Made by a program: the position numbers and the translations under genes. Under the pieces are notes generated by a model. It was not told the DNA's origin. It made no database searches and saw only the letters and a list, made by a program, of their open reading frames with translations. From contig DASZXA010000016.1 in assembly GCA_035546455.1 (NCBI GenBank), positions 31,806-95,805 on the forward strand: a stretch of 64,000 bases of DNA, written 5' to 3'. Source of the DNA: Pseudolabrys sp. Its GTDB lineage: Bacteria > Pseudomonadota > Alphaproteobacteria > Rhizobiales > Xanthobacteraceae. Shown piece by piece: positions 62,609 to 64,000 of the stretch (position 1 is its first letter; each line of letters starts with the position of its first letter).

Positions 62609-63307
62609 ATGAGCGCCGATCTACAAAAGCGGGCGGCCGCTGCGCGGGCGATTGAATATGTTTGCCCCGGCATGAAGCTCGGGCTCGGCACCGGCTCGAC
62701 GGCAAAGCATTTCGTCGAATTACTGGGCGAGCGGGTGAAGGCTGGCCTCGATGTGATCGGCGTGCCGACTTCGGAAGCGACCCGCGCCGACGCGGAGCGG
62801 GTCGGGGTGCCGCTGACGACCCTCGACAAGACGCCGGCGCTCGACCTGACGGTCGATGGCGCGGACGAGATCGGACCCGATCTCACCTTGATCAAGGGCG
62901 GTGGCGGCGCGCTGCTGCGCGAAAAGATTGTCGCCGCGGCTTCGGCTAAAATGCTGGTGATCGCCGACGAAACCAAATGGGTGGCTTCCCTCGGCCGCTT
63001 TCCGCTTCCGATCGAGGTGCTTCCATTCGGCCTGGCGGCGACCCAGCGCGCCATCGAGAGCGCGCTTGCTGCCGCAGGCGCCGGCGGGACGCTGACATTG
63101 CGGCGCGGCAAGGACGGCCTTGCTTTCGTCACGGATGGCGGTCACTGGATCATCGACGCCGCGCTTGGGCGAATCGCAGATCCCAAGGGGCTGGCGGCGA
63201 GGCTGGTGGCGATACCTGGCGTGATGGAACATGGGCTATTCATCGGCCTGGCGTATGCCGCGATCCTGGCCGGGCCTGAAGGTATACGTGTGGTCGAACG
63301 ACCCTGA
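62609..63307 (+). CDS. rpiA: ribose-5-phosphate isomerase A
   Basis: [38 protein letters not shown]. Confidence 0.97.
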   Translation: MSADLQKRAAAARAIEYVCPGMKLGLGTGSTAKHFVELLGERVKAGLDVIGVPTSEATRADAERVGVPLTTLDKTPALDLTVDGADEIGPDLTLIKGGGGALLREKIVAAASAKMLVIADETKWVASLGRFPLPIEVLPFGLAATQRAIESALAAAGAGGTLTLRRGKDGLAFVTDGGHWIIDAALGRIADPKGLAARLVAIPGVMEHGLFIGLAYAAILAGPEGIRVVERP

Positions 63308-63329
63308 TTTTCGCTAAGGAGTGAGAACA

Positions 63330-64000
<671 letters not shown>

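Overview
High-GC alphaproteobacterial chromosome segment (Hyphomicrobiales; Xanthobacteraceae/Bradyrhizobiaceae-like gene order, an inference). Left part (0.6-24.6 kb) is a conserved rhizobial backbone: nitroreductase, PepSY protein-feuP-feuQ, surface lipoprotein, an uncharacterised helical protein, ccmIEFH, degP, an OmpR-type RR/HK pair, glnE, pleC, pepN, a PheC-like cyclohexadienyl dehydratase and a CDF transporter. Middle (about 24.6-46.9 kb) looks like an accessory block ending at the 5' end of dusA: rmlC-rmlA, a secreted hypothetical protein, a 2694-aa autotransporter (glycine-rich insert plus modular repeats), and a FadR/GntR-regulated ten-gene catabolic operon (PEP-hydrolase-like TIM barrel, SDR, Tm-1/UPF0261, Gfo/Idh/MocA, MmgE/PrpD, TRAP QMP, SDR, AKR). 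Right part is backbone again: dusA, TauE, aspartic protease, DUF1289, PdhS-type kinase, GST, MBL hydrolase, beta-hydroxyacid dehydrogenase, apbC, two TakP-like SBPs with TRAP MQ, moaA, lipoprotein, gph, rpiA, DUF2059, start of gor. No tRNA, rRNA, CRISPR array, integrase or transposase was recognised. Best candidates for novelty: (1) a five-hairpin intergenic RNA after degP with twin 13-nt C-rich loops that can also pair with the last hairpin's 5' arm; (2) the catabolic operon that places the orphan Tm-1/TIM-barrel pair in a TRAP-fed pathway; (3) a DPNQPR-motif toxin/immunity-like cassette at the left edge with a probable frameshift. Family assignments come from motif recognition by eye; no database searches were run.
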